Assembly: GCA_030606485.1 (NCBI GenBank)
Contig: JAUWGH010000009.1
Coordinates: 30,001 to 62,000, forward strand
Source of the DNA: Promethearchaeota archaeon
Lineage (GTDB): Archaea; Asgardarchaeota; Lokiarchaeia; Sigyniarchaeales; SOKP01
DNA: 32,000 nucleotides
Direction of reading: 5' to 3'
Under the pieces are notes generated by a model. That model did no database searches. It saw nothing but the letters and a program-made list of their open reading frames with translations, and had not been told where the DNA came from. Numbering within the stretch: the first letter of the stretch is position 1; each line of letters starts with the position of its first letter. Positions 1-9,109 of the stretch are shown here, in pieces. A program made the translations under genes and the position numbers.

Positions 1-1494
1 GATTATCAAGAAGTTATTCTTCCAGAGATCCCATGGGGTGAAATGCTTGCAGATATAAGTAATTGGACGCCACTCCCTTTTACGCATGGGATCGAGATGG
101 AGCTTATAATCTGTGATGATGATGGGAATTATCCTCCTGGTGATGAAATGGTTTTTAGAATGAAAGAAATTGTTAAAGAATCTATAAAAATAATGAATGA
201 AATTATCTATGAGGGGCGAGAGGATTTTTTACCAATGCCTGATTATATTCGAGGGAAAATCATGCAAGCTCCCTTTGGAAAGGATGATATCGAAAAAGGG
301 CATGTAATGAATATTTCATATAATCTTCAAGGAACCGAATTAAATATTGATAGTTTTGGAAGAGATGGAAATGTCACTGCCATTACTTATATTTTAGAAT
401 TAGTCACTCCCCCCTGTGAATACGTCGAAGAATTAGCTTATTGGTCCTCAACATTATTTTTATTGGCAAAAAAAACACTTCCCAGAGATTTGCATATAGT
501 AGCTTCTGCCATAAATCCTACATCAAAAGAATATCAGAGAGGTTTATCGCAAGCAGATCATCATCATTTAGGTGATTTTAGTTCCGAATTAGAAAAAATG
601 CAAATTTATTGTATGATAAGAAATTTCATACCTCATCTTATTGCATTATCAACTAATTCCCCTATTATGAATAATAGGCCTACAGATGTTATCAAAATAA
701 TCAATAATAGAATAACTGCTCCTAACTGTGTTCGTTCTTTAAGATTAAAATATAATTTAACTATGTTGTCCAGTAACGATCCCAATTTTTTTATGCCTTA
801 TCTTAGTGAAGGTGGTGAAAAAGGGCTTAATTACTTTTTACAAGTAGTTAATAAAGCTAGTAGAGAAGATGGACGATTTCAAGATATTTTTCCATTTACT
901 GATTGGGGAACTATTGAAATAAGAGCAATGGATGCACAGATTTCAATTTGTAGAAGAATTGGATTAGGATTACTTGTTCAAGCACTATGTTATAAAGCTA
1001 GAAAATTATATCAAAACAAACAATGGGTTCCAGATGCAGGTTCTGAAACACTTGCCTTTAATCGTGCGAGCGTAATTAACAGAGGGTTAATCGCCCTATT
1101 TAAACCAATAAATCTAACAAAGGAAACACTAGTAGAATATGATCCTGAATTTGCTGAAGCATATCTTGGACCTGATGATAATCCTAATCGCTATATGTTT
1201 CAAGCAGTTCAAAGGATGTTCATATATCTTAAACCGGAATTGAAAGAATTGGGTTTTTTATATTCTCCTTTTTTAAAGCCACTCTTACAATCAGTTTTTG
1301 GAAATGTTTCATATGCTGAACCCCCAATAACTGAAGCAGAATATCAATTAAGTCTTTTTCAGTATAAAATAGATAATGACCAATTTCCAGATGTTCTTGA
1401 AGATTTAATCTATTTTACTATTGAATATTGTCAAGATCCCTTAAATCAGCCTTTAACGGGAACTTTAATTCTACCGAAAGAAATGAGAGAATAA
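1..1494 (+). CDS. Glutamate-cysteine ligase family 2 (GCS2/YbdK-like) carboxylate-amine ligase; probably extends past the left edge
   Basis: GCS2-like motifs THGIEMELII, ELVTPPC, DHHHLG, LIALSTNSP, TIEIRAMDAQ. The frame is open from base 1 (DYQEVILPEIPWGE-M), so the ATG at 43 may be internal. Confidence 0.8.
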   Translation, partial: DYQEVILPEIPWGEMLADISNWTPLPFTHGIEMELIICDDDGNYPPGDEMVFRMKEIVKESIKIMNEIIYEGREDFLPMPDYIRGKIMQAPFGKDDIEKGHVMNISYNLQGTELNIDSFGRDGNVTAITYILELVTPPCEYVEELAYWSSTLFLLAKKTLPRDLHIVASAINPTSKEYQRGLSQADHHHLGDFSSELEKMQIYCMIRNFIPHLIALSTNSPIMNNRPTDVIKIINNRITAPNCVRSLRLKYNLTMLSSNDPNFFMPYLSEGGEKGLNYFLQVVNKASREDGRFQDIFPFTDWGTIEIRAMDAQISICRRIGLGLLVQALCYKARKLYQNKQWVPDAGSETLAFNRASVINRGLIALFKPINLTKETLVEYDPEFAEAYLGPDDNPNRYMFQAVQRMFIYLKPELKELGFLYSPFLKPLLQSVFGNVSYAEPPITEAEYQLSLFQYKIDNDQFPDVLEDLIYFTIEYCQDPLNQPLTGTLILPKEMRE

Positions 1495-1513
1495 ATATTA
1501 GGTATCTTTAAAA

Positions 1514-3073
1514 ATGTTAACTGTTAAAATTGAAAGCACAAAAAGAACACATATAAAAAATTTATTTGTTATAGATGCACATTCACACATTGGCGAAGAT
1601 GTAGATGGAGCCACAATGATGAATCCTCTTGCTCCTGGTTCTGGAACTTTTGATTTCTGGGCAAATGTACAAGCAAAATTAATTGAAGAATGGAATAAAA
1701 CAGGAGAAAAAACTTTCCAAACTATATTAGACGGTGAATCAGTTAAATTAACTTTCGATTTTGAACCTATACCTTTTATTAAAAAAACTTTTGAAAATTT
1801 ACAAACGTTAAATGGAAATTTTTCGGATATTAAAGAAAAAATAAGATATGCTACATTTATTGACCAAGCTGTAGTTTTTCCCTTTCAGGATACTTTTAGA
1901 AATAAGCGACCAGAAGCCATGTATCGCGCAAGTAATATTAATACATCAAGATTCACAACACGTTTTCCATTTTCATTTAAATTGATTGGATATTGTCGTG
2001 TTAACCCAATGGAAGGTGATAAAGCGGTAAATGAAGTTAAATATGGTAATGAAGTTTTAGGTCTAAGAGGGTTAAAACTGCATCCTCGATCTGAAGGCTA
2101 TATTGATCATGTAAATACACAAAAAACGATTAATGTCTTAATTGAGGCCGCAAAACATTCGATGCCTACTCTTTTTGATACTAGAGGAAGGCAAACTATC
2201 CTAGATATACGAGATCTTGTAACTAACACGCGTAATATAATACAAAAATCACATCCAGAACTATTATCCCATCTTAAAGTCATAATAGGTCATTGTGCCC
2301 AAGGGAACGTTGATGATTATGAAGTCTATGACGCAATAATACAACCAAATACAGTTGGAGAATTATCAATGCTTCATGGTTCAGGAGCAGGAAATTTCTT
2401 TAAAAGTTTTAGAAATTGGTATATAAAAAATAATAAAGAAAAAATCACTAGAAAAAAATGGTCTGAATTTTTGCTTTATGGCTCTGATTATCCATATTTT
2501 GGGGATGTCCACGCTGAGAAGTTAATAATTTATATTATCAATAAACAATTTTTTGATTCTGGTGGAACCTTAAAGGATGTCGAAAATATTTTAGGATTGA
2601 ACCTTATTAAACTTCTACCAGAATATAATTTACCTCAAATAGAGAAAAATAATGTAATGGTTAAATCGACTCTTATACCAAATATCCAATTGGGCCAAGT
2701 TAAACCTCAAGATAATATACCGTTAAACATTGGCACAAAAATAATCGCCAAACTATTATCTGATAACACAATTGACATCTCTAAGCTATGTTTCCAATTT
2801 AAAGAATCTTATGAAAATTTTAATAATGAAGTACTATTGAAAACGGTTTCTAAAACATCACCAAATAAAACAACCAATTTATTGTTCATGAATTTACTTC
2901 AAAATCAACTTGCAATCCTCACTCCTCTTAAAAAGGATGTAAAATGGAATAAATTTGGATATAAATACTTCAATATTGAAGATCATGAGCTTTTTAATTC
3001 AGTCCTTAGCAATAGCTATCCCACTAACGACATTAACCAAGCAACACATATAATCTCTCAAATATTTCAATAA
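1514..3073 (+). CDS. Amidohydrolase_2 family metal-dependent hydrolase (TIM barrel) with an extra C-terminal domain of about 150 aa
   Basis: IDAHSH, GLKLHP, IIGHC and GSDYPY metal-ligand motifs; 19 bp downstream of the GCS2 gene. Confidence 0.85.
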   Translation: MLTVKIESTKRTHIKNLFVIDAHSHIGEDVDGATMMNPLAPGSGTFDFWANVQAKLIEEWNKTGEKTFQTILDGESVKLTFDFEPIPFIKKTFENLQTLNGNFSDIKEKIRYATFIDQAVVFPFQDTFRNKRPEAMYRASNINTSRFTTRFPFSFKLIGYCRVNPMEGDKAVNEVKYGNEVLGLRGLKLHPRSEGYIDHVNTQKTINVLIEAAKHSMPTLFDTRGRQTILDIRDLVTNTRNIIQKSHPELLSHLKVIIGHCAQGNVDDYEVYDAIIQPNTVGELSMLHGSGAGNFFKSFRNWYIKNNKEKITRKKWSEFLLYGSDYPYFGDVHAEKLIIYIINKQFFDSGGTLKDVENILGLNLIKLLPEYNLPQIEKNNVMVKSTLIPNIQLGQVKPQDNIPLNIGTKIIAKLLSDNTIDISKLCFQFKESYENFNNEVLLKTVSKTSPNKTTNLLFMNLLQNQLAILTPLKKDVKWNKFGYKYFNIEDHELFNSVLSNSYPTNDINQATHIISQIFQ

Positions 3074-3202
3074 TGCATTTAGAATTTATAAACAGTTAAA
3101 GATTTTGAATTTGAGAATTTAAAATACTATATATTTTCAAATTACTTATTTGGTTTAAATCTTACAAAGAAAATAAGAGATAAAACCGAGATTTACACTT
3201 AC

Positions 3203-4231
3203 CTATTCTTTTTTTAATTCTTTTAATTTTTTTTCCTTATCCTTATCAATAAAGGTTTTTTGAAGAAATTCTTCTTTAATTTGTTCAATTTCTTTAGATT
3301 TTTCCAGTTGAGCTTTTAATTGTAAAATTTTCTCCTTCTCTTTTATGAAGAATTCTAAATATTTTTTTTGTTTATCTTTTAGCTCTTTAATTAATTGATT
3401 AATCTTAGGAATTTCAGTATCCCAATTGATTTCTTTAAATTTTTCAATTGCATGTTGATATTTTTCCAAAGCTTCATTAAATTGGTTTTTTTCTTCGAGA
3501 TTAGATGCTTCACCTAATAAATCGTATGCTTCTGAACTTAATTTTTCTTCTTTTTTCTTTTGTTGCTGAAAAATATCAAATTTATGCTTCTTCATTTCTG
3601 CGGACATTTTTCGGAAATCTTGACGTTGCATGAGAAATTCTTTCTCTTTTTCTATTATCTCTTGTCTCATCCTTTCTTCTTTCATTTTAGCTTCCCATTG
3701 TCTTAAAATGACCTCTTTTTTTTCATTTAATTCCTTAATCAATATATGAATTTTTGGAATTTCAGTTAACCAATTGATTTCTTTAAATTTTTCTATTGCT
3801 AACATATATTTCTCCAGAGACTGATCAAATTGATTGGATTGGACTAAAATTGACCCTTTTTCTAAGAGATTATATGCTTCTGCACTTATCGCTTCTTCTT
3901 TTTTTCGTTTTCTCTCAAACTCAGCCAATTGTTCTTCTTTTGTTAAAATTACTTTTTCAATAACTTCACTTTCTTGTTCTACTTTTTGAAGATATTGTTC
4001 CTGCTTATTGCTTGCTTCATCCAATAGTTTTTCAACCTTTTCAACCTCATTTTCAAAACCACCAATATTCTTCATTAATTTAATTGCATTTTTATAATAG
4101 TTGATACCTTCAATGAATCTATTTAAATCAACTAATTGAATCCCCTTTTTAATTAATATGAACAATTGCTCTAAGGTGTTATCCTCAGACCTTTCAGAAT
4201 TATTATTATTAAAATCTTTAGAATTTTTCAA
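3203..4231 (-). CDS. TPR-like helical-repeat / coiled-coil protein
   Basis: Three TPR-like helical hairpins (e.g. EAYNLLEKG..QFDQSLEKYMLAIEKFKEINW) separated by K/E-rich coiled coils. Confidence 0.65.
   Translation of the reverse strand: MKNSKDFNNNNSERSEDNTLEQLFILIKKGIQLVDLNRFIEGINYYKNAIKLMKNIGGFENEVEKVEKLLDEASNKQEQYLQKVEQESEVIEKVILTKEEQLAEFERKRKKEEAISAEAYNLLEKGSILVQSNQFDQSLEKYMLAIEKFKEINWLTEIPKIHILIKELNEKKEVILRQWEAKMKEERMRQEIIEKEKEFLMQRQDFRKMSAEMKKHKFDIFQQQKKKEEKLSSEAYDLLGEASNLEEKNQFNEALEKYQHAIEKFKEINWDTEIPKINQLIKELKDKQKKYLEFFIKEKEKILQLKAQLEKSKEIEQIKEEFLQKTFIDKDKEKKLKELKKE
3408..3800. repeat. Intragenic duplication, period 348 bp (116 aa)
   Basis: ggaatttcagtatcccaattgatttctttaaatttttcaattgc at 3408 vs ggaatttcagttaaccaattgatttctttaaatttttctattgc at 3756. 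Confidence 0.85.
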
Positions 4232-4701
4232 TAAAATTCACTATCTTTTTACAATTTCATTTTGTCCATCTTAAATTATCAGTAATTGACCTTTAACCGA
4301 CAATAATAATATATATGTATTACTTTTATACCTCTAAATTAAATTTGGAAAAAGAATCTAGTTATATATGTGAGCAAACACGATAACTATTTACGGAATA
4401 ATCCGTTATTTTCTTTTTCACAATTAAATATAACTAGGTTTCTTAATAAAAATGTTATGGTTCCGATCATAAACTCTATTTGTAAGCCTCTTTAAAACCA
4501 AAAACAGTATAAATTAGCCGAATATCCAATTACGATACTTTTCAATGCTTTATGTGGTTTTAGATAAAATTAAAGGGTTAAAATCTTTGAAAGAAAATTA
4601 AATTGAAATGGAACTAAAAATTTTTTATGCTATAATTAACATTTAAACATAATTTCCTTTATATCTATTTTAAGATAAAAATTGAAAAAATAGAAAAAGA
4701 C

Positions 4702-5154
4702 TTATTCTGGAGTAATTTCATCCAAATCTGATAAATCCAACCCAGAATCCATCTCAGAGGGCATCTCTGCTAAGAATTCATCTAGTAGTTCTTTTAGCTC
4801 TTCCCCACTACGTTTTAAAATTAGCCTAATTAGACCAAGATTTACTTCTGGATCCGATATTAAAGTTAGAACCCCACGCCCACAGGAGCTCGCAAATATT
4901 TTACCATTAGCGAATTCGGAAGTGACAATTTCTAAAAGCCCTAATTCAAGGTTCTTACCTTGTTCCTCAGAAGCACAAAATACTGCACTCGCAATAGCAC
5001 CGATACCGTCAACATCGGTGGGGAAATACGAGAATTTTGATACACTGGCGATTGTTAAGCCCGTTCTATCGACTAGAATAACTTTTTTAATTCCACTTTC
5101 AGATTTAATTATTTTACTAAGGATTTTATCAAAACTTTTTGTATCAAGAGAAAT
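4702..5154 (-). CDS. Roadblock/LC7 (MglB-like) protein with acidic C-terminal tail; not in the ORF track; probable ATT start
   Basis: Manual translation: (I)SLDTKSFDKILSKIIKSESGIKKVILVDRTGLTIASVSKFSYFPTDVDGIGAIASAVFCASEEQGKNLELGLLEIVTSEFANGKIFASSCGRGVLTLISDPEVNLGLIRLILKRSGEELKELLDEFLAEMPSEMDSGLDLSDLDEITPE*. There is an in-frame TGA upstream and no ATG/GTG/TTG at the N-terminus; GGAG lies at 5168-5165. Confidence 0.85.
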   Translation of the reverse strand: MSLDTKSFDKILSKIIKSESGIKKVILVDRTGLTIASVSKFSYFPTDVDGIGAIASAVFCASEEQGKNLELGLLEIVTSEFANGKIFASSCGRGVLTLISDPEVNLGLIRLILKRSGEELKELLDEFLAEMPSEMDSGLDLSDLDEITPE

Positions 5155-5438
5155 TTGAATACATCTCCGAGATTTATTTCATTAATTAAAACTTAAGGAA
5201 ATTTTCTTAATAATATAAAGGCAATTTATTATATAAAAATTTATTCTTATAAATGATTGAGATTTTCGCTATATTACTCCTTATAGTATAATTAGGGTTT
5301 GAAAAATATTATATTGTCTTATGAAATGTATTTATTTTTAAAAATTCATTAATTTTTTCTCAATTTGGTCCTTGAAAAATAAATATTCTAACTATTTACT
5401 ATAATGAAATTAATTGTATTGTATAAATGATATTAAAT

Positions 5439-6629
5439 CTATAGATAATCATTTTTGACACGCGTAAATATTGTGAGTATAATTATTGAGATTCCGATTA
5501 TTATAAAAAACGCGTAAATGTTCCACATTACTATAATTCCAATAAAAGGATAAATAATTGCTTGGATAAGACTTCCAAACATATTCACAGTGCTAAGAAT
5601 AGTTGCCCGATTTTCAGATTCAACTTGACTGTTAATTCCATTTACGTATAATAAGTATCTAGGATAACCAAATGCTACAATAATCAAAATAATTACAATG
5701 CCTAATAATACATTGGTGGTTAATCCTAAAAAGATATATGAGAAGCCAGTTATTAAATTAAACAAAATTAAAAGTCTGATTTTACTTTTAAACCATTTTC
5801 CAAACTTTGGTAATAAATTAATGAAAATTACATTAACAATATTCATCATAGAAGAAATAATACCAAAAAATAAAATATGAACATTAATTTCTTGTAGATA
5901 AGGCTGATAAGTCCAAAATAAGAGAAATATTAACACATTTATGAGTAATCTGTCAAAACATAGAATTCTTAATATTTTATTTTTTTTAAGTTCTTTAAAA
6001 CCATCCTTTATTATATTCAAATACCTTTCTGATTTGTATTCTTCTTTATAGATGGGTTCTTTGAATGTTAATGACGCAATAAACGCTCCCATATAAACAA
6101 ATGCTAAACACGTCATAGCAAATTGTAATGAAATAAATACTGCAATAATTGACCCAATTGGAGCAGAAAGGGTTAATGCAATCAAATTCATTGTTCGATT
6201 TCTTGCTAAAATTTTTGGTAATTTGTCTTCTTTTCCCAACTTTTTCAATGTATTATATAAAAAAGCTTCTTCAGTGCCTGACATTAATGCTAAACCAAGA
6301 CCCCAAAAAGTCTCTGCAAAAATAAATAATAGAAAATTTGGAATAATACTATATAGAATCGCTGCAAATGCTATGGAAAGTGCAGATAACGATAACGCAG
6401 GTTTTCTCCCAATGAAATCAGCAATGGCTCCTGATGGAATTTCAAGAAGAAAAATTACGAATGTAAAATAACTTTGCAATAACATTATCTCAAAAAATGT
6501 AAGTTGACCCCAATCAGTCATATATGGGATATATATGCCCCTAACTGTATGTATCCCTAAAATTAAATTGAATATATATGATTTACGTATATTTGCTTTA
6601 TATTTTTCATTATTTACTTCTAATTGCAT
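5439..6629 (-). CDS. MFS transporter
   Basis: About 12 hydrophobic segments; MFS motif A-like LLEIPSGAIADFIGRK; ESENRATILS. Confidence 0.9.
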   Translation of the reverse strand: MQLEVNNEKYKANIRKSYIFNLILGIHTVRGIYIPYMTDWGQLTFFEIMLLQSYFTFVIFLLEIPSGAIADFIGRKPALSLSALSIAFAAILYSIIPNFLLFIFAETFWGLGLALMSGTEEAFLYNTLKKLGKEDKLPKILARNRTMNLIALTLSAPIGSIIAVFISLQFAMTCLAFVYMGAFIASLTFKEPIYKEEYKSERYLNIIKDGFKELKKNKILRILCFDRLLINVLIFLLFWTYQPYLQEINVHILFFGIISSMMNIVNVIFINLLPKFGKWFKSKIRLLILFNLITGFSYIFLGLTTNVLLGIVIILIIVAFGYPRYLLYVNGINSQVESENRATILSTVNMFGSLIQAIIYPFIGIIVMWNIYAFFIIIGISIIILTIFTRVKNDYL

Positions 6630-6774
6630 TTTATTACCATTTAATCATACATAAAAATTAAATAAAATTTTTCATTTTTTTTTATAAGAAATAAACTTCT
6701 CGTAATTAAATTAATTATTTACGCTTTATTAGTTTTAATTAACATTCTTAAAATGAAATTAGTTGAAAACCTTT

Positions 6775-6975
6775 ATGAAAGATCAAAAAGAAAAATTAAA
6801 AAAGTATATACAATATTGGAACGACCATAATTCTTCACATTTGGAAAAATTAAATATTCGAATTGAAATGGCAATTGAATTGGGTTTGAATGAAGTGGCT
6901 GAAAAAATGAAAGAAGCGGTTGAATTTATGAATAAGGCTAATGAAATGCTATTAGAAGCGTTTAAAATGGTATAA
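6775..6975 (+). CDS. Small helical protein with a W-x-x-H-N-x-x-H motif (possible metal binding)
   Basis: ATG at 6775; YWNDHNSSHLEKL...MKEAVEFMNKANEML resembles, from memory, a small W-x-x-H-N-x-x-H helical family. Confidence 0.55.
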   Translation: MKDQKEKLKKYIQYWNDHNSSHLEKLNIRIEMAIELGLNEVAEKMKEAVEFMNKANEMLLEAFKMV

Positions 6976-7110
6976 TATTGTAAAAATATTTAGTATTAAT
7001 GTCTATAATATAAATGGTTTAAGATTCTTTAAGATAGAGATAAAATATTTATTAAGATTAAACAATTTATAATAATAGCATTGGAATAGGAAAATATTAT
7101 AAAAAAAGAT

Positions 7111-7207
7111 GCCTCAGTTGCTTAGCCGGTAGAGCGTTGCCTTGGTATCAAATCCGCAGGTTTAAACAGAAAGGCAAAGGTCGCGGGTCCGATTCCCGCC
7201 TGAGGCT
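7111..7207 (+). tRNA. trnT(GGU): tRNA-Thr(GGU) with a 24-nt intron at 37/38 (7148-7171)
   Basis: Acceptor GCCTCAG/CTGAGGC, D stem GCTT/GAGC, anticodon stem TTGCC/GGCAA with loop TT-GGT-A|A, T stem GCGGG/CCCGC, discriminator T. Confidence 0.93.
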
Positions 7208-7221
7208 CAATATTCGAGGAA

Positions 7222-7359
7222 GTCGGTGTGGCTAAGCTTGGTTAGTAAAGCGCTAAAAAGCGTTAGCGCCAACAAGCGCCAGACTCATAATCTCTTATAA
7301 AGAATTGGGTCAGAAAATAAGACATCTGGAGATCGCGGGCTCGAATCCCGCCACCGACA
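7222..7359 (+). tRNA. trnM(CAU): tRNA-Met(CAU), probably elongator, with two introns (7245-7273 at 21/22; 7290-7323 at 37/38)
   Basis: Acceptor GTCGGTG/CACCGAC; anticodon stem CCAGA/TCTGG with CT-CAT-AA after splicing; T stem GCGGG/CCCGC. G1-C72 argues against initiator; Ile2(CAU) is not fully excluded. Confidence 0.88.
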
Positions 7360-7360
7360 C

Positions 7361-7367
7361 TTTTTTT
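7361..7367 (+). terminator. Oligo-T tract, putative archaeal terminator of the tRNA pair
   Basis: T7 immediately after the tRNA-Met 3' end. Confidence 0.45.
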
Positions 7368-7428
7368 ATATTATTCTACATATCCTCAAACATTAACTTT
7401 TAATAATCGGTAATCAATATTTTTTGAT

Positions 7429-8991
7429 ATGGATAATCTAAATAAAATCTCCTTTTTGAATAAGATTTCCAGTTCCCAAATGGCTTCAGAGGATAATAAT
7501 TCTGAATGGTTAGGTATTCCCAAGAATTTATTAATGGAATGTGCAGGTTATTCATTCACTCAAAAGATTATTAAACATTATAATTTGAAGCCATATCAAC
7601 GAGTTGTTATATTTTCTGGCCTTGGTAATAATGGTGGTGATAGTTTTGTAATTGCTCGTCATTTATCGAGTATGAAAATATATGTCGATTTAATTTTAGT
7701 GGGATTACCTGAGAAAATAAGAACGGAGGAATCGCGATTAAATTGGAATATTATTCAAAATTTAAGTTTAACTATTCAAATTAGAATTATAAAAGATTCA
7801 TCTGAATTTAAAAAACTTCAAGTAGAATTAAATAAAATTAAAATTGACTTAATAATTGATGGACTGCTAGGAACTGGCATTAAAGGAAAGATACGAGAAC
7901 CAATATCTTCTGCTATTGATATAATTAATGATTTTCAACCTCAAGGAAAAAGAATAGCCTCTATTGACGTTCCCTCTGGAATGAATCCAGATACTGGAAA
8001 TATTTTAGATAAAGCAGTTAAAGCTGATTTTGTTGTGACCTTCCATAAATTAAAAAAAGGGCTGAATGAAAACACAGAATATGTAAAAAAAGTTGAAGTA
8101 AGTCCAATTGGAATACCGCTTGAGGCAAATCTTTTCGTTGGTAAGGGCGACTTGATACCAACAGTTAAAATTCACCCCGAATCTTCGCATAAAGGCGAAA
8201 ATGGAAAAGTATTAGTAATTGGAGGAAGTAAAGAATATTCTGGGGCACCCGCATTAGCATCTTTAGCAGCAATTAAAATGGGAGTTGATTTAGTAAGAAC
8301 TTTTGTACCAGGTTCAATTTCTGAAATTGTAAAAAAATATTCCCCTAATTTGATCGTAAATTACGGGAGTGGAGATTATATTTCTATTGAACATTTATCT
8401 TCTCTAAAAGAATTGATTGAATGGGCTGATGTAATTTTATTAGGACCAGGAATGGGAATTAATGGTATTACTCAAGAAGCGGTTTTAAAAATATTAACAT
8501 TTTTAGCCGATATAAATAAATCTTGTGTTATTGATGCAGATGCATTAAAATTAATTAAAAATAACCTTGAATTAATACAACATTCTAATATAATATTAAC
8601 ACCGCATGAAGGAGAATTAAAAATAATGACTGGAATATCTCTACCACCTATGAAAAATCTAATTGAAAGGTTAGAGAATGTCTCAAGAGTCGCAAAAAGA
8701 TATGGAGCGACATTTTTAGTTAAAGGGAAATATGATCTAATATCTAACGGTATTGAGAGAAAAATTAATCAAACAGGATGTTCCCAAATGACCGTAGGTG
8801 GAACTGGTGATGTCCTTGCAGGATTGTGTGCCGCATTTATGTCTGTAAATAATAGCGCTTTCAACTCAGCATGTTCAGCGGCTTTTTTAAATGGATTAGC
8901 TGGAGAATTGTGTTTAGAGGAAGTTGGAGATTTTTTCACATCCCTCGATATGATAAATAAGATTCCAGCAACTCTAAAAAAATTATTATAA
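7429..8991 (+). CDS. nnr: Bifunctional NAD(P)H-hydrate epimerase/dehydratase (YjeF_N + carbohydrate kinase-like)
   Basis: LLMECAG, GLGNNGGD, IIDGLLGTG, SIDVPSG, HKGENGKVLVIGGS, LLGPGMG, VIDADAL, LTPHEGE, TVGGTGDVLAG. Confidence 0.95.
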   Translation: MDNLNKISFLNKISSSQMASEDNNSEWLGIPKNLLMECAGYSFTQKIIKHYNLKPYQRVVIFSGLGNNGGDSFVIARHLSSMKIYVDLILVGLPEKIRTEESRLNWNIIQNLSLTIQIRIIKDSSEFKKLQVELNKIKIDLIIDGLLGTGIKGKIREPISSAIDIINDFQPQGKRIASIDVPSGMNPDTGNILDKAVKADFVVTFHKLKKGLNENTEYVKKVEVSPIGIPLEANLFVGKGDLIPTVKIHPESSHKGENGKVLVIGGSKEYSGAPALASLAAIKMGVDLVRTFVPGSISEIVKKYSPNLIVNYGSGDYISIEHLSSLKELIEWADVILLGPGMGINGITQEAVLKILTFLADINKSCVIDADALKLIKNNLELIQHSNIILTPHEGELKIMTGISLPPMKNLIERLENVSRVAKRYGATFLVKGKYDLISNGIERKINQTGCSQMTVGGTGDVLAGLCAAFMSVNNSAFNSACSAAFLNGLAGELCLEEVGDFFTSLDMINKIPATLKKLL

Positions 8992-9109
8992 GATTCATTA
9001 ATCTCCAATCTTTTTGGTACATAAAATTTTATATATTTTTAAATTATTATAATAAATAGTAAAGAATAAAAAAATAAACATTATAAGTATAATAAGGGAT
9101 GGGGTTAAA

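Noticed and set aside
3197-3205. AG|GTAAGT right after the TPR gene stop, resembling a spliceosomal 5' splice site
   Set aside because: A single 6-mer in AT-rich DNA with no downstream exon evidence; chance match.
4922-5158. ORF-track 78-aa + strand ORF
   Set aside because: Antisense shadow of the minus-strand roadblock gene.
5144-5164. ATG-started MYSNFS* overlapping the roadblock start, read as a frameshifted true start or uORF
   Set aside because: Only 4 nt from the first G of GGAG (too close), and a frameshift is unnecessary given the well-spaced ATT. Kept only as an alternative to test with reads.
5698-6471. Two short + strand ORFs inside the MFS gene
   Set aside because: Antisense to a confident CDS; no motifs.
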